A stretch of 64,000 nt of DNA from Macrostomum hystrix (taxonomy: Eukaryota > Animalia > Platyhelminthes): positions 4,216,001 to 4,280,000 of the forward strand of contig CATNEN010000024.1 of the NCBI GenBank assembly GCA_950097015.1, in the 5' to 3' direction. This document shows positions 12,801 to 25,449 of this stretch, piece after piece (position 1 is the stretch's first letter; every line of letters begins with the position of its first letter). The position numbers and the translations under genes were made by a program. Under the pieces are notes generated by a model. It made no database searches, had not been told where the DNA came from, and saw only the letters and a list, made by a program, of their open reading frames with translations.

Positions 12801-15800
12801 GGATTTGAGGATCTAGATTTTGGGGATCTGGATTTTGATTATCTGGATTGTGAGGATCTGGATTTTGAGGATCTGGATTTGAGGATCAGAATTTTGAGGA
12901 TTTGGATTTTGAGTATCTGGATTTTGAGGATCTGGTTTTGAGGATGTGGATTTGAGGATCTGGATTTGGGGATCTGAATTTTGAGGATCTGGATTTAGAG
13001 GATCTGGATTTGAGGATGTGGATTTGAGGATCTTGATTTCGGGATCTGGATTTTGAGGATCTGGATTTTGAGGATCTGGATTTGAGGATCTGGATTTGAG
13101 GATCTGGATTTGAGGATCTGCATTTGAAGAATCTGGATCTAAGGGTTTCTAGACCTTGAGGATCTGGATTTTAAGGATCTGGATTTGAGGATCTGGATTT
13201 TGAGTATCTGGATTTTGAGGATCTGGATTTTGAGGATCTGGATTTTGAATATCTGGATTTAGAGGACCTGGATTTGAGGATGTGGATTTGGGGATCTGGA
13301 TTTTGAGTATCTGGATTTTGAGGATCTGGATTTTGAGGATCTGGATTTTGAGGATCTGAATTTTGAGGATCTGGATTTTGAATATCTGGATTTAGAGGAT
13401 CTGGATTTGAGGATGTGGATTTGAGGATCTGGATTTAGGGATCTGGATTTTGAGGATCTGGATTTTGAGGATCTGGATTTGAGGATCTGGATTTGAGAAA
13501 TCAGGATCTAAGGGATTCTAGACGTTGAGGATCTGGATTTTAAGGATCTGGATTTTAAGGATCTGGATTTGAGGATCTGGATCTTGAGGATCTGGATTTG
13601 AGGATCTGGATTTGAGGATCTGGATTTGAGGATCAGAATTTTGAGGATTTGGATTTTGAGTATCTGGATTTTGAGGATCTGGATTTGAGGATCTGGATTT
13701 TGAGTATCTGGATTTTGAGGATCTGGATTTTGAGGATCTGGATTTTGAGGATCTGAATTTTGAGGATCTGGATTTTGAATATCTGGATTTAGAGGATCTG
13801 GATTTGAGGATGTGGATTTGGGGATCTGGATTTTAAGGATCTGGATTTTTAGGATCTGGATTTGAGGATCTGGATTTTGAGTATCTGGATTTTGAGGATC
13901 TGGATTTTGAGGATCTGGATTTTGAATATCTGGATTTAGACGATCTGGATTTGAGGATGTGGATTTCAGGATCTGGATTTTAAGGATCTGGATTTTAAGG
14001 ATCTGGATTTTGAGGATCTGGATTTGAGGATCTGGATTTGAGAAATCAGGATCTAAGGGATTCTAGACGTTGAGGATCTGGATTTTAAGGATCTGGATTT
14101 TAAGGATCTGGATTTGAGGATCTGGATCTTGAGGATCTGGATTTGAGGATCTGGATTTGAGGATCTGGATTTGAGGATCTAGATTTTGGGGATCTGGATT
14201 TTGATTATCTGGATTGTGAGGATCTGGATTTTGAGGATCTGGATTTGAGGATCAGAATTTTGAGGATTTGGATTTTGAGTATCTGGATTTTGAGGATCTG
14301 GATTTGAGGATGTGGATTTGAGGATCTGGATTTGGGGATCTGGATTTTGAGGATCTGGATTTAGAGGATCTGGATTTGAGGATGTGGATTTCAGGATCTG
14401 GATTTTAAGGATCTGGATTTTAAGGATCTGGATTTTGAGGATCTGGATTTTGAATATCTGGATTTAGACGATCTGGATTTGAGGATCTGGATTTCAGGAT
14501 CTGGATTTAGGGATCTGGATTTTGAGGATCTGGATTTTGAGGATCTGGATTTGAGGATCTGGATTTGAGAAATCAGGATCTAAGGGATTCTAGACGTTGA
14601 GGATCTGGATTTTAAGGATCTGGATTTTAAGGATCTGGATTTGAGGATCTGGATCTTGAGGATCTGGATTTGAGGATCTGGATTTGAGGATCTGGATTTG
14701 AGGATCTAGATTTTGGGGATCTGGATTTTGATTATCTGGATTGTGAGGATCTGGATTTTGAGGATCTGGATTTGAGGATCAGAATTTTGAGGATTTGGAT
14801 TTTGAGTATCTGGATTTTGAGGATCTGGTTTTGAGGATGTGGATTTGAGGATCTGGATTTGGGGATCTGGATTTTGAGGATCTGGATTTGAGGATGTGGA
14901 TTTGAGGATCTTGACTTCGGGATCTGGATTTTGAGGATCTGGATTTGAGGATCTGGATTTGAGGATCTGGATTTGAGGATCTGCATTTGAAGAATCTGGA
15001 TCTAAGGGTTTCTAGACCTTGAGGATCTGGATTTTAAGGATCTGGATTTGAGGATCTGGATTTTGAGTATCTGGATTTTGAGGATCTGGATTTTGAGGAT
15101 CTGGATTTTGAATATCTGGATTTAGAGGACCTGGATTTGAGGATGTGGATTTGGGGATCTGGATTTTGAGTATCTGGATTTTGAGGATCTGGATTTTGAG
15201 GATCTGGATTTTGAGGATCTGAATTTTGAGGATCTGGATTTTGAATATCTGGATTTAGACGATCTGGATTTGAGGATCTGGATTTCAGGATCTGGATTTA
15301 GGGATCTGGATTTTGAGGATCTGGATTTTGAGGATCTGGATTTGAGGATCTGGATTTGAGAAATCAGGATCTAAGGGATTCTAGACGTTGAGGATCTGGA
15401 TTTTAAGGATCTGGATTTTAAGGATCTGGATTTGAGGATCTGGATCTTGAGGATCTGGATTTGAGGATCTGGATTTGAGGATCTGGATTTGAGGATCAGA
15501 ATTTTGAGGATTTGGATTTTGAGTATCTGGATTTTGAGGATCTGGATTTGAGGATGTGGATTTGAGGATCTGGATTTGGGGATCTGGATTTTGAGGATCT
15601 GGATTTGAGGATCTGGATTTGAGGATCTGGATTTGAGGAATCTGGATCTAAGGGATTCTAGACCTTGAGGATCTGGATTTTGAAGGTCTGGATCTTGAGG
15701 ATCTGGATTTCTGAGGCTCTGGATTTGATGATCTGGATTTGAGGATCTGAATTCAGAGAATCTGAATTTTGAAGGTCTGGATCTTGAGGATCTGGATTTC

Positions 15801-18667
15801 TGAGGCTCTGGATTTGATGATCTGGATTTGAGGATCTGAATTCAGAGAATCTGAATTTTGAAGGTCTGGATCTTGAGGATCTGGATTTCTGAGGCTCTGG
15901 ATTTGATGATCTGGATCTGAGGATCTAGATTTTGGGGATCTGGATTTTGATTATCTGGATTGTGAGGATCTGGATTTTGAGGATCTGGATTTTGAGAATC
16001 AGAATTTTGAGGATCTGGAGTTAGAGGATTTGGATTTAGGGGATCTGAATTTTGAGGATCTGGATCTTAGGGATCTCTTTTTTAGGGATCTGGATTTTAT
16101 ATTAAGGGAGTCCGTTTAGTTACTGTTTACCTGACTGCAAACCCAATAATGCGGAAGCTAAGACTCGAATCCCAGCGGTATTTCAGTCTCCGCCCTCCCC
16201 CACCGGCCCAAGTGAAATGGACACCGCGCAGCGTGCAGCCTCGGAATCGCGTGACTGCGCATCGGTTGCTGAGGTGCTGAGAACTGGGTGCAGTGGGGGG
16301 TAGTACTGTTTTCTGTCCAAGTGACGAGGATGACAGACTGAGAGGCGGGGTCCTGGTACGCGCGCTTTTGGCATAGCTGCTGTCCCGTGCTGGGCTATAG
16401 TTGCGCATGAATTATTTATTAAAACCAAAAGTATTCAGCTAGCGGAGTGTGAGTGCAGTTTAGAGGCGACCCAACGCATATTAGTAAGCGGAGTTCTGTC
16501 CACACAATTCTGCAACCAACTTCCCCAATAAAACAATTGTTTTTAAATCCCATCCTTCGATTGACATTTATTTTTGGGATGTGGACAGAGAAATGCGTGT
16601 AAATTTAAAATTATTGATGAAAAATATTAATATTTGGGTTCGATGGCAATTACGTAATGGCGGCAATGAATGCGGAGCGGATTCCTGGCAGTCAATAAGT
16701 GTCAGTTTCAGCAAAAGCTTCATCGATCTGCCCGGACAATCTAGAATTTTCTTCCCTGCTAAATTCTCCTACCTCCTACCTGCTCCTACCTTTTCCTACC
16801 TGCACCCCGCTAGCTTCCCATTTTCTTTCTAAAAAATTTGACATGCCAGCTTAAAAACATTCATGGCAAACACTGTCGCCCGCACATTTTAGAAATGCCA
16901 GCGAAGCCCGGGTCAAGCTAGCGTGATCTGTCAGTGTTAGTAGCGCAGTGACTGTGTCTCATTCAGCCTCTCAAAATCAGCTGACCAGTTGGCAGGTACG
17001 GATGCCTGCTCCCCTGTGAGCCTCATTATGTGAAACCTAATTAGACAAATTGCTGACCGAGTCTAATAATCTTCCCTGCGCCTCATTTTCTGTGCTGGAC
17101 TAACTGCCGTGTCACGGACCCTCTCAAGAAATGATCCACATCTTTCTCTTCCAATTTATTTGAAGGCTTCCTTCTCTGTGAAGAACAAGATGCACTTGCA
17201 CTGCTCTGAAAGAATTTATAGCACTGGTACAAACAATCCAGCACTGGTACAAACAATCCAGCACTGGTACAAACAATCCAGCACTGGTACAAACAATCCA
17301 GCACTGGTACAAACAATCCAGCACTGGTACAAACAATCCAGCACTGGTACAAACAATCCAGCACTGGTACAAACAATCCAGCACTAGTACAAACAATCCA
17401 GCACTGATACAAACAATCCGGCACTGGTACAAACAATCCAGCACTGGTACAAACAATCCAGCACTAGTACAAACAATCCAGCACTGATACAAACAATCCG
17501 GCACTGGTACAAACAATCCAGCACTGGTACAAACAATCCAGCACTGGTACAAACAATCCAGCACTGGTACAAACAATCCAGCACTAGTACAAACAATCCA
17601 GCACTGATACAAACAATCCAGCACTGGTACAAACAATCCAGCACTGGTACAAACAATCCAGCACTGGTACAAACAATCCAGCACTGGTACAAACAATCCA
17701 GCACTGGTACAAACAATCCAGCACTGGTACAAACAATCCAGCACTGGTACAAACAATCCAGCACTGGTACAAACAATATAGCAATAAAAATATGAGGTCT
17801 ATGTTCTTGATTACTCAAGATTCGAACTCAGGAACCTTCGAGTCTAGTTTGGCCAATTCCTGTCGCTCATTATCTGCTAGCATGATTATCAACTAAGGCT
17901 ATCTAATTGTCAGTAAAAGATGACAATCGTAAGGCCTCTTCAAACCGGTTGGGTCCTCCGCTATCCTCCAAGTGCGCCACGCGCAGCCATCAGTCATTTC
18001 TCCTGCCCTTGAAAAATCCTTTGGCAAACGATTGCGTCGCGAAACCGGATAGAGTTAAAATAATTTGCTTGCGAAGATGCGACCACTGCAATGGTCCATC
18101 GGAACAGCTCGCTAGTTATTCACGGGTGAAAGTGTGCTCAAAGTCGTCTCCTCCCAGTGCCAGTTCCTCTCGCTCTCCCTTTCTCTCGTCTCATATGGAC
18201 TTGCGAAAGTGTCGGGAATTTTCGGGCAAAAAAGTGAAGCCTTTTGTGGCTTTAATTAAAATCGCTGTGCAGACACCCTCTGGCGGGTGGGGGATGCGGC
18301 ATCTCGGCTGCGGCCTTGAGTGGCCACTCAGACCCACCCTTCCAGCCTCTTGAAGGCTCTTCCTTCCAGGTCTCGGGCACTCGCCGGCCAAGACGCTATG
18401 ATGAGGCGGGGAGAAGCGATTTTGGCAAGAGGTGAATTGAGAACGGGGAGGCGGAGAACGAAGCTTCGATCGTGAAGGCGCGATTAAAACAAATTTATTG
18501 GATTATTGGGTGGACAGGCCGCACGCCTGATGTGTCTATGAGCACAGTTTGAGCACAGTTTGAGCACAGTTTGAGCGCGAGAAAGAAACTAGAAACTCAC
18601 CTGCCAGAAAGCACAGAGCCAGCAGCAGCACCCGGCCCGCACTCCTGCATTGTTGAGGCGACACCAT
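3955..18667 (-). CDS. Ig-superfamily secreted/cell-surface protein, 5' part only (nephrin/Kirrel-like N-terminal Ig domain)
   Basis: Exon A 18667-18601 encodes MVSPQQCRSAGRVLLLALCFLA (signal-peptide-like) and ends at CAG|GTGAGT, phase 1. Exon B 4191-3955 (237 nt, phase 1-1) has acceptor TTGACAG| and donor CAG|GTGAGC. It encodes PSTSSTEDSGSAAQLRVTVGPANTSVKDGHNVTLTCRS...KVFWQRDG...PRYSIANGEP, with the Ig strand-B Cys and strand-C Trp. The join is in frame across a 14.4-kb intron. The DxGxYxC half of the domain was not found in the window. The subfamily call is tentative. Confidence 0.75.
4248..4468. repeat. 16-bp minisatellite (CATCCTGTACACTTTC), about 14 copies
   Basis: Tandem units read directly; lies beside the Ig exon acceptor. 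Confidence 0.92.
5697..5907 (-). mobile_element. tRNA-derived SINE with CORE-like central domain, near full length
   Basis: The minus strand reads GGAGAGGTTGTAGTCTAGTGGTTAGGGCGTCGGACTCACGACTTGAAGGTCGGGGGTTCGATTCCCGACACC (Pol III A and B boxes, T-arm). It continues GTGTCCTTTAGCAAGACACTTAACTCTGCATTGCTTCAGTTCACCCAGCTGTTAAATGGG, which resembles the MIR/CORE-SINE core as recalled. Related copies occur elsewhere in the window. Confidence 0.8.
7745..8280. repeat. Polypurine tract with ~37-bp imperfect tandem units (GAGATAAGGAAATGGGAGATGGGAAGAAAGATGAGGA)
   Basis: GATGGGAAGAAAG at 8043 and 8080; almost no C on the plus strand. Confidence 0.85.
9710..16100. repeat. 14/15-bp satellite (GAGGATCTGGATTT[T])n with higher-order structure, 6.4 kb
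   Basis: Tandem units with degenerate edges. The landmark GAGAAATCAGGATCTAAGGGATTCTAGACGTT occurs 8 times. Confidence 0.97.
17221..17776. repeat. 20-bp minisatellite (GCACTGGTACAAACAATCCA), about 28 copies
   Basis: Exact period 20 visible by column alignment. Confidence 0.97.
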
Positions 18668-19931
18668 CGGACTCCTTGACGCCGGACGGGGGAGGTCAAA
18701 CGACGCGGAATTAGTCGAAGGACTTCAACGAATTGACTGGCAGGAGTGGTTCGATGCGTTCACTGCTGAATTATGCAGGCTGCCTGAGCACTGGAGAGCG
18801 CGAGGGAGAAAGTTAAGCTGGTATCGACTGCATGGCAACAACCGCTTGATTTTGCTCAGCTCTAACTAGTCCCAACAATTCCTCACTAAGTCGCCTCATC
18901 CATTCTTTCCTTGCCAGAGCAACAAGCAGCTACCTTGCGGGGAGGTGTTGGCGAGACAGCTCTGGGGCACCAACTGGCCCTGGCCTGTTAAGACAATGGG
19001 AAGCAATCTTGAACGCATCCTTGTCCCAGTCTTGGCAGCGCGCTGACTGACAAGCCAGTGCGGACTGCTCCGGAGCAAAGTTTCTGGGGGCCCGAGCGGA
19101 ATCCCAACTTTCTAATCCTCAAGCTGTCCTTTTCTCCAGCTCTTCTGAAGCTGCGACAAAAATAGTTTTGTTTGTGCACTTCTGAAGCCAAACTGAAGAA
19201 CAGAAAATTCTTTTTGTATTCTCACTTCTGAGTAGCGACAGATTTGGGAATTTTGAAATTTAAGATCTCTGGAATGGGTGAAAACAGCCAGAAAAAATAT
19301 GTTTATGTGGGTTTAAACGAAAATGACAAAATAGAGGATACAATATTGAACTGCGGAGGACATAAAAATTTGAAACGGTTGCTGATAGAAAGCATGACAG
19401 AAAGACAGACAGACAGGCAGGCAGACAGACAGACAGGCAGACAGGCAGACAGACAGAGCTAAAACACAATATCTATTTGATATTAGAAATCTTTGAGCAT
19501 CGATAGGAATAGAATCGAGGTCTAGAAAATGGCAGCGAAGATAATTGACAGCCAGACAGGCAGACGGACAAAATGAAGGAGAAAAAAAATGTCGCGAGCT
19601 TTCGCGTGACCATCTTCATGCTCCGAGCCTTTCTTGATGGGATTGAGGATAATCTGCCCAGCACTATCCGCTTTAGTCCCATCCAGCTCATCCATTTGAG
19701 CCGGTTTGGCATTTGCACTCTTACATATTAACTTATCCCATATAGGTAAAAACAGGGATCAAACGACTAAAAAGGAAACGAAAACAAGCCATGCTTCAGT
19801 GCAACCTTGAAAGCATTGAATTGAATCTTTGCACTATGAGTTGCAAAACATTGTACCAATCTATAACATCACTTAAGGTCGATCTGGTTATTGAATATCC
19901 ATTCTTTAGCGCATAATGGGTGACATGATTC

Positions 19932-22900
19932 GGGGAGAATGAGTGAGGTGAGTTGGGGGAGAATGAGTGAGGTGAGTTGGGGGAGAATGAGTGAGGTGAG
20001 TTGGGGGAGAATGAGTGAGGTAAGTTGGGGGGGAATGAGTGAGGTAAGTTGGGGGGGGGAATGAGTGAGGTGAGTTGGGGGGGGGAATGAGTGAGGTGAG
20101 TTGGGGGAGAATGAGTGAGGTGAGTTGGGGGGAGAATGAGTGAGGTGAGTTGGGGGGGAATGAGTGAGGTGAGTTGGGGGGGAATGAGTGAGGTGAGTTG
20201 GGGGGGAATGAGTGAGGTGAGTTGGGGGGAGAATGAGTGAGGTGAGTTGGGGCGGGAAATGAGTGAGGTGAGTTGGGGGGGGAATGAGTGAGGTGAGTTG
20301 GGGGAGAATGAGTGAGGTGAGTTGGGGGGGAATGAGTGAGGTGAGTTGGGGGAGAATGAGTGAGGTGAGTTGGGGGGGAATGAGTGAGGTGAGTTGGGGG
20401 GGAATGAGTGAGGTGAGTTGGGGGAGAATAAGTGAGGTGAGTTGGGGGGGAATGAGTGAGGTGAGTTGGGGGGGAATGAGTGAGGTGAGTTGGGGGGGGA
20501 ATGAGTGAGGTGAGTTGGGGGGGGGAATGAGTGAGGTGAGTTGGGGGAGAATGAGTGAAGTGAGTTGGGGGGAGAATGAGTGAGGTGAGTTGGGGGTATG
20601 AGTGAGGTGAGTTGGGGGAGAATGAGTGAGGTGAGTTGGGGGAGAATGAGTGAGGTGAGTTGGGGGGGGAATGAGTGAGGTGAGTTGGGGGGGGGAATGA
20701 GTGAGGTGAGTTGGGGGGGGAATGAGTGAGGTGAGTTGGGGGAGAATGAGTGAGGTGAGTTGGGGGGGAATGAGTGAGGTGAGTTGGGGGAGAATGAGTG
20801 AGGTGAGTTGGGGGGGAATGAGTGAGGTGAGTTGGGGGGGAATGAGTGAGGTGAGTTGGGGGGGGGAATGAGTGAGGTGAGTTGGGGGGGGGAATGAGTG
20901 AGGTGAGTTGGGGGGGGAATGAGTGAGGTGAGTTGGGGGGGAATGAGTGAGGTGAGTTGGGGGGAGAATGAGTGAGGTGAGTTGGGGCGGGAAATGAGTG
21001 AGGTGAGTTGGGGGGGGAATGAGTGAGGTGAGTTGGGGGAGAATGAGTGAGGTGAGTTGGGGGGGAATGAGTGAGGTGAGTTGGGGGAGAATGAGTGAGG
21101 TGAGTTGGGGGGGAATGAGTGAGGTGAGTTGGGGGGGAATGAGTGAGGTGAGTTGGGGGAGAATGAGTGAGGTGAGTTGGGGGGGAATGAGTGAGGTGAG
21201 TTGGGGGGGAATGAGTGAGGTGAGTTGGGGGAGAATGAGTGAGGTGAGTTGGGGGGGAATGAGTGAGGTGAGTTGGGGGGGAATGAGTGAGGTGAGTTGG
21301 GGGAGAATGAGTGAGGTGAGTTGGGGGAGAATGAGTGAGGTGAGTTGGGGGGAGAATGAGTGAGGTGAGTTGGGGGAGAATGAGTGAGGTGAGTTGGGGG
21401 GGAATGAGTGAGGTGAGTTGGGGGAGAATGAGTGAGGTGAGTTGGGGGGGAATGAGTGAGGTGAGTTGGGGGGGAATGAGTGAGGTGAGTTGGGGGGGAA
21501 TGAGTGAGGTGAGTTGGGGGGGAATGAGTGAGGTGAGTTGGGGAGAATGAGTGAGGTGAGTTGGGGGGGAATGAGTGAGGTGAGTTGGGGGGAGAATGAG
21601 TGAGGTGAGTTGGGGAGAATGAGTGAGGTGAGTTGGGGGGGAATGAGTGAGGTGAGTTGGGGGAGAATGAGTGAGGTGAGTTGGGGGAGAATGAGTGAGG
21701 TGAGTTGGGGGGGGAATGAGTGAGGTGAGTTGGGGGGGGAATGAGTGAGGTGAGTTGGGGGGGGAATGAGTGAGGTGAGTTGGGGGAGAATGAGTGAGGT
21801 GAGTTGGGGGGGAATGAGTGAGGTGAGTTGGGGGAGAATGAGTGAGGTGAGTTGGGGGGGAATGAGTGAGGTGAGTTGGGGGGGAATGAGTGAGGTGAGT
21901 TGGGGGGGGGAATGAGTGAGGTGAGTTGGGGGGGGAATGAGTGAGGTGAGTTGGGGGGGGAATGAGTGAGGTGAGTTGGGGGGGAATGAGTGAGGTGAGT
22001 TGGGGGGAGAATGAGTGAGGTGAGTTGGGGCGGGAAATGAGTGAGGTGAGTTGGGGGGGGAATGAGTGAGGTGAGTTGGGGGAGAATGAGTGAGGTGAGT
22101 TGGGGGGGAATGAGTGAGGTGAGTTGGGGGGAGAATGAGTGAGGTGAGTTGGGGGGGAATGAGTGAGGTGAGTTGGGGGGGAATGAGTGAGGTGAGTTGG
22201 GGGAGAATGAGTGAGGTGAGTTGGGGGGGAATGAGTGAGGTGAGTTGGGGGGGAATGAGTGAGGTGAGTTGGGGGAGAATGAGTGAGGTGAGTTGGGGGG
22301 GAATGAGTGAGGTGAGTTGGGGGGGAATGAGTGAGGTGAGTTGGGGGAGAATGAGTGAGGTGAGTTGGGGGAGAATGAGTGAGGTGAGTTGGGGGGAGAA
22401 TGAGTGAGGTGAGTTGGGGGAGAATGAGTGAGGTGAGTTGGGGGGGAATGAGTGAGGTGAGTTGGGGGAGAATGAGTGAGGTGAGTTGGGGGGGAATGAG
22501 TGAGGTGAGTTGGGGGGAATGAGTGAGGTGAGTTGGGGGGGAATGAGTGAGGTGAGTTGGGGGGGAATGAGTGAGGTGAGTTGGGGGAGAATGAGTGAGG
22601 TGAGTTGGGGGGGGAATGAGTGAGGTGAGTTGGGGGGAGAATGAGTGAGGTGAGTTGGGGAGAATGAGTGAGGTGAGTTGGGGGGGGAATGAGTGAGGTG
22701 AGTTGGGGGGAGAATGAGTGAGGTAAGTTGGGGGGGAATGAGTGAGGTGAGTTGGGGGGGGAATGAGTGAGGTGAGTTGGGGGGGGGAATGAGTGAGGTG
22801 AGTTGGGGGGGAATGAGTGAGGTGAGTTGGGGGGGAATGAGTGAGGTGAGTTGGGGGGAGAATGAGTGAGGTGAGTTGGGGCGGGAATGAGTGAGGTGAG

Positions 22901-24752
22901 TTGGGGGGGAATGAGTGAGGTGAGTTGGGGGAGAATGAGTGAGGTGAGTTGGGGGGGGAATGAGTGAGGTGAGTTGGGGGAGAATGAGTGAGGTGAGTTG
23001 GGGGGAATGAGTGAGGTGAGTTGGGGGGGAATGAGTGAGGTGAGTTGGGGGAGAATGAGTGAGGTGAGTTGGGGGGGAATGAGTGAGGTGAGTTGGGGGA
23101 GAATGAGTGAGGTGAGTTGGGGGGGAATGAGTGAGGTGAGTTGGGGGGGAATGAGTGAGGTGAGTTGGGGGGAATGAGTGAGGTGAGTTGGGGGAGAATG
23201 AGTGAGGTGAGTTGGGGGGAGAATGAGTGAGGTGAGTTGGGGGGGAATGAGTGAGGTGAGTTGGGGGGGGGAATGAGTGAGGTGAGTTGGGGGGGAATGA
23301 GTGAGGTGAGTTGGGGAGAATGAGTGAGGTGAGTTGGGGGGGAATGAGTGAGGTGAGTTGGGGGAGAATGAGTGAGGTGAGTTGGGGGGGAATGAGTGAG
23401 GTGAGTTGGGGGGGAATGAGTGAGGTGAGTTGGGGGAGAATGAGTGAGGTGAGTTGGGGGAGAATGAGTGAGGTGAGTTGGGGGGGAATGAGTGAGGTGA
23501 GTTGGGGGGAATGAGTGAGGTGAGTTGGGGGAGAATGAGTGAGGTGAGTTGGGGGGGAATGAGTGAGGTGAGTTGGGGGGGAATGAGTGAGGTGAGTTGG
23601 GGGGGAATGAGTGAGGTGAGTTGGGGGGGAATGAGTGAGGTGAGTTGGGGGGAATGAGTGAGGTGAGTTGGGGGGGAATGAGTGAGGTGAGTTGGGGAGA
23701 ATGAGTGAGGTGAGTTGGGGGGGAATGAGTGAGGTGAGTTGGGGGGGAATGAGTGAGGTGAGTTGGGGAGAATGAGTGAGGTGAGTTGGGGGGGAATGAG
23801 TGAGGTGAGTTGGGGGGAGAATGAGTGAGGTGAGTTGGGGCGGGAAATGAGTGAGGTGAGTTGGGGGGGGAATGAGTGAGGTGAGTTGGGGGAGAATGAG
23901 TGAGGTGAGTTGGGGGGGGGAATGAGTGAGGTGAGTTGGGGGAGAATGAGTGAGGTAAGTTGGGGGGGAATGAGTGAGGTGAGTTGGGGGGGGAATGAGT
24001 GAGGTGAGTTGGGGGGGGGAATGAGTGAGGTGAGTTGGGGGGGAATGAGTGAGGTGATTTGGTGGGGAATGAGTGAGGTGAGTTGGGGGGAGAATGAGTG
24101 AGGTGAGTTGGGGCGGGAAATGAGTGAGGTGAGTTGGGGGGGGAATGAGTGAGGTGAGTTGGGGGAGAATGAGTGAGGTGAGTTGGGGGGGAATGAGTGA
24201 GGTGAGTTGGGGGAGAATGAGTGAGGTGAGTTGGGGGAGAATGAGTGAGGTGAGTTGGGGGAGAATGAGTGAGGTGAGTTGGGGGAGAATGAGTGAGGTG
24301 AGTTGGGGGAGAATGAGTGAGGTGAGTTGGGGGGGAATGAGTGAGGTGAGTTGGGGGGGGAATGAGTGAGGTGAGTTGGGGGGGAATGAGTGAGGTGAGT
24401 TGGGGGAGAATGAGTGAGGTGAGTTGGGGGGGGAATGAGTGAGGTGAGTTGGGGGGGAATGAGTGAGGTGAGTTGGGGGGAATGAGTGTGGTGAGTTGGG
24501 GGAGAATGAGTGTGGTGAGTTGGGGGAGAATGAGTGAGGTGAGTTGGGGGAGAATGAGTGAGGTGAGTTGGGGGGGAATGAGTGAGGTGAGTTGGGGGGG
24601 GAATGAGTGAGGTGAGTTGGGGGGAGAATGAGTGAGGTGAGTTGGGGGTATGAGTGAGGTGAGTTGGGGGGGAATGAGTGAGGTGAGTTGGGGGTATGAG
24701 TGAGGTGAGTTGGGGGAGAATGAGTGAGGTGAGTTGGGGGGAATGAGTGTGG
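19932..24752. repeat. G-rich ~26-bp satellite (GAATGAGTGAGGTGAGTT-G5-10[A])n, 4.8 kb
   Basis: Invariant 18-nt core plus a variable G run; about 185 copies estimated from length divided by unit. Confidence 0.97.
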
Positions 24753-25449
24753 TAAGTTTGGGAAGCTTGGAGAATTTTCAGGTAAATTTTCGGCTAGTTC
24801 CGTTCTAAATTTTTCGGTGTCATAATGCGAGCTAGAAATTAATGAGAGCTCAAAAGTGAGCACACTGAGTAAGGTGAGCCGATGCGAGCCATTTTTAGTG
24901 CGAGATCTCGAGGGAGAAAGAGCGAAAGCGAGTGGGAGCAGTTCTGCAGCCAAAATCCGCCGGCCACTTCTATTTATCACTGGCGAAATGGATTGTAGAG
25001 TCCTGGCGCACCGCTGCTTCAGCAGCTGTCCCTGGGGCACAAGAAGAAACTCGAGTTAAAAGCCAAATCCCATACCCTGCTTCGCGTTCACTTCCCCAAC
25101 TGCCCCGTCCACTTTGCTGCTTTTGCTCCGAGTCAATTATGCAACCGCCTCCGCTTTCTGTTCCTCTTTGCTTGAAAAATCCTCAAGGTGTATTTTGCCT
25201 CATTTTTTATCCCCTTTGTTCCAGCTGCTGAGTCTCATGCGGGGGCGGGCGGCAACAATTTTCACTCGATTTCCACTGATTTTTTCCGCATCACCAGTTG
25301 CCCTCGGCTCACAGGTTGCCGGCCCAATAGCCCTTGCCGATGGGGATTTTGGGGATTGTAGTTTAAAGCTCCATGTCGTGATCCCAAATCTGAAATCGTA
25401 ATTTCAAGAAATACAATCCCATCTGAACACAACATTCTAATTTCTCACT

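Noticed and set aside
17058-17206. Extra minus-strand exon of the Ig gene behind a good TTCTTTCAG acceptor
   Set aside because: In the required phase 1 it hits a stop after about 16 codons, and the other frames also stop with no recognisable domain.
18657-18990. Plus-strand protein-like frame (IDWQEWFDAF...) and acceptor at 18917
   Set aside because: There is no start codon or convincing donor, both parts end in stops, and the region is better explained as the antisense of the Ig gene's first exon and 5' UTR.
19869-25040. 1723-aa Pro/Ser/Thr/His-rich ORF (mucin-like)
   Set aside because: It is read-through of the C-rich strand of the ~26-bp satellite, which lacks stop codons. The peptide switches among three repeat phases with G-run length.
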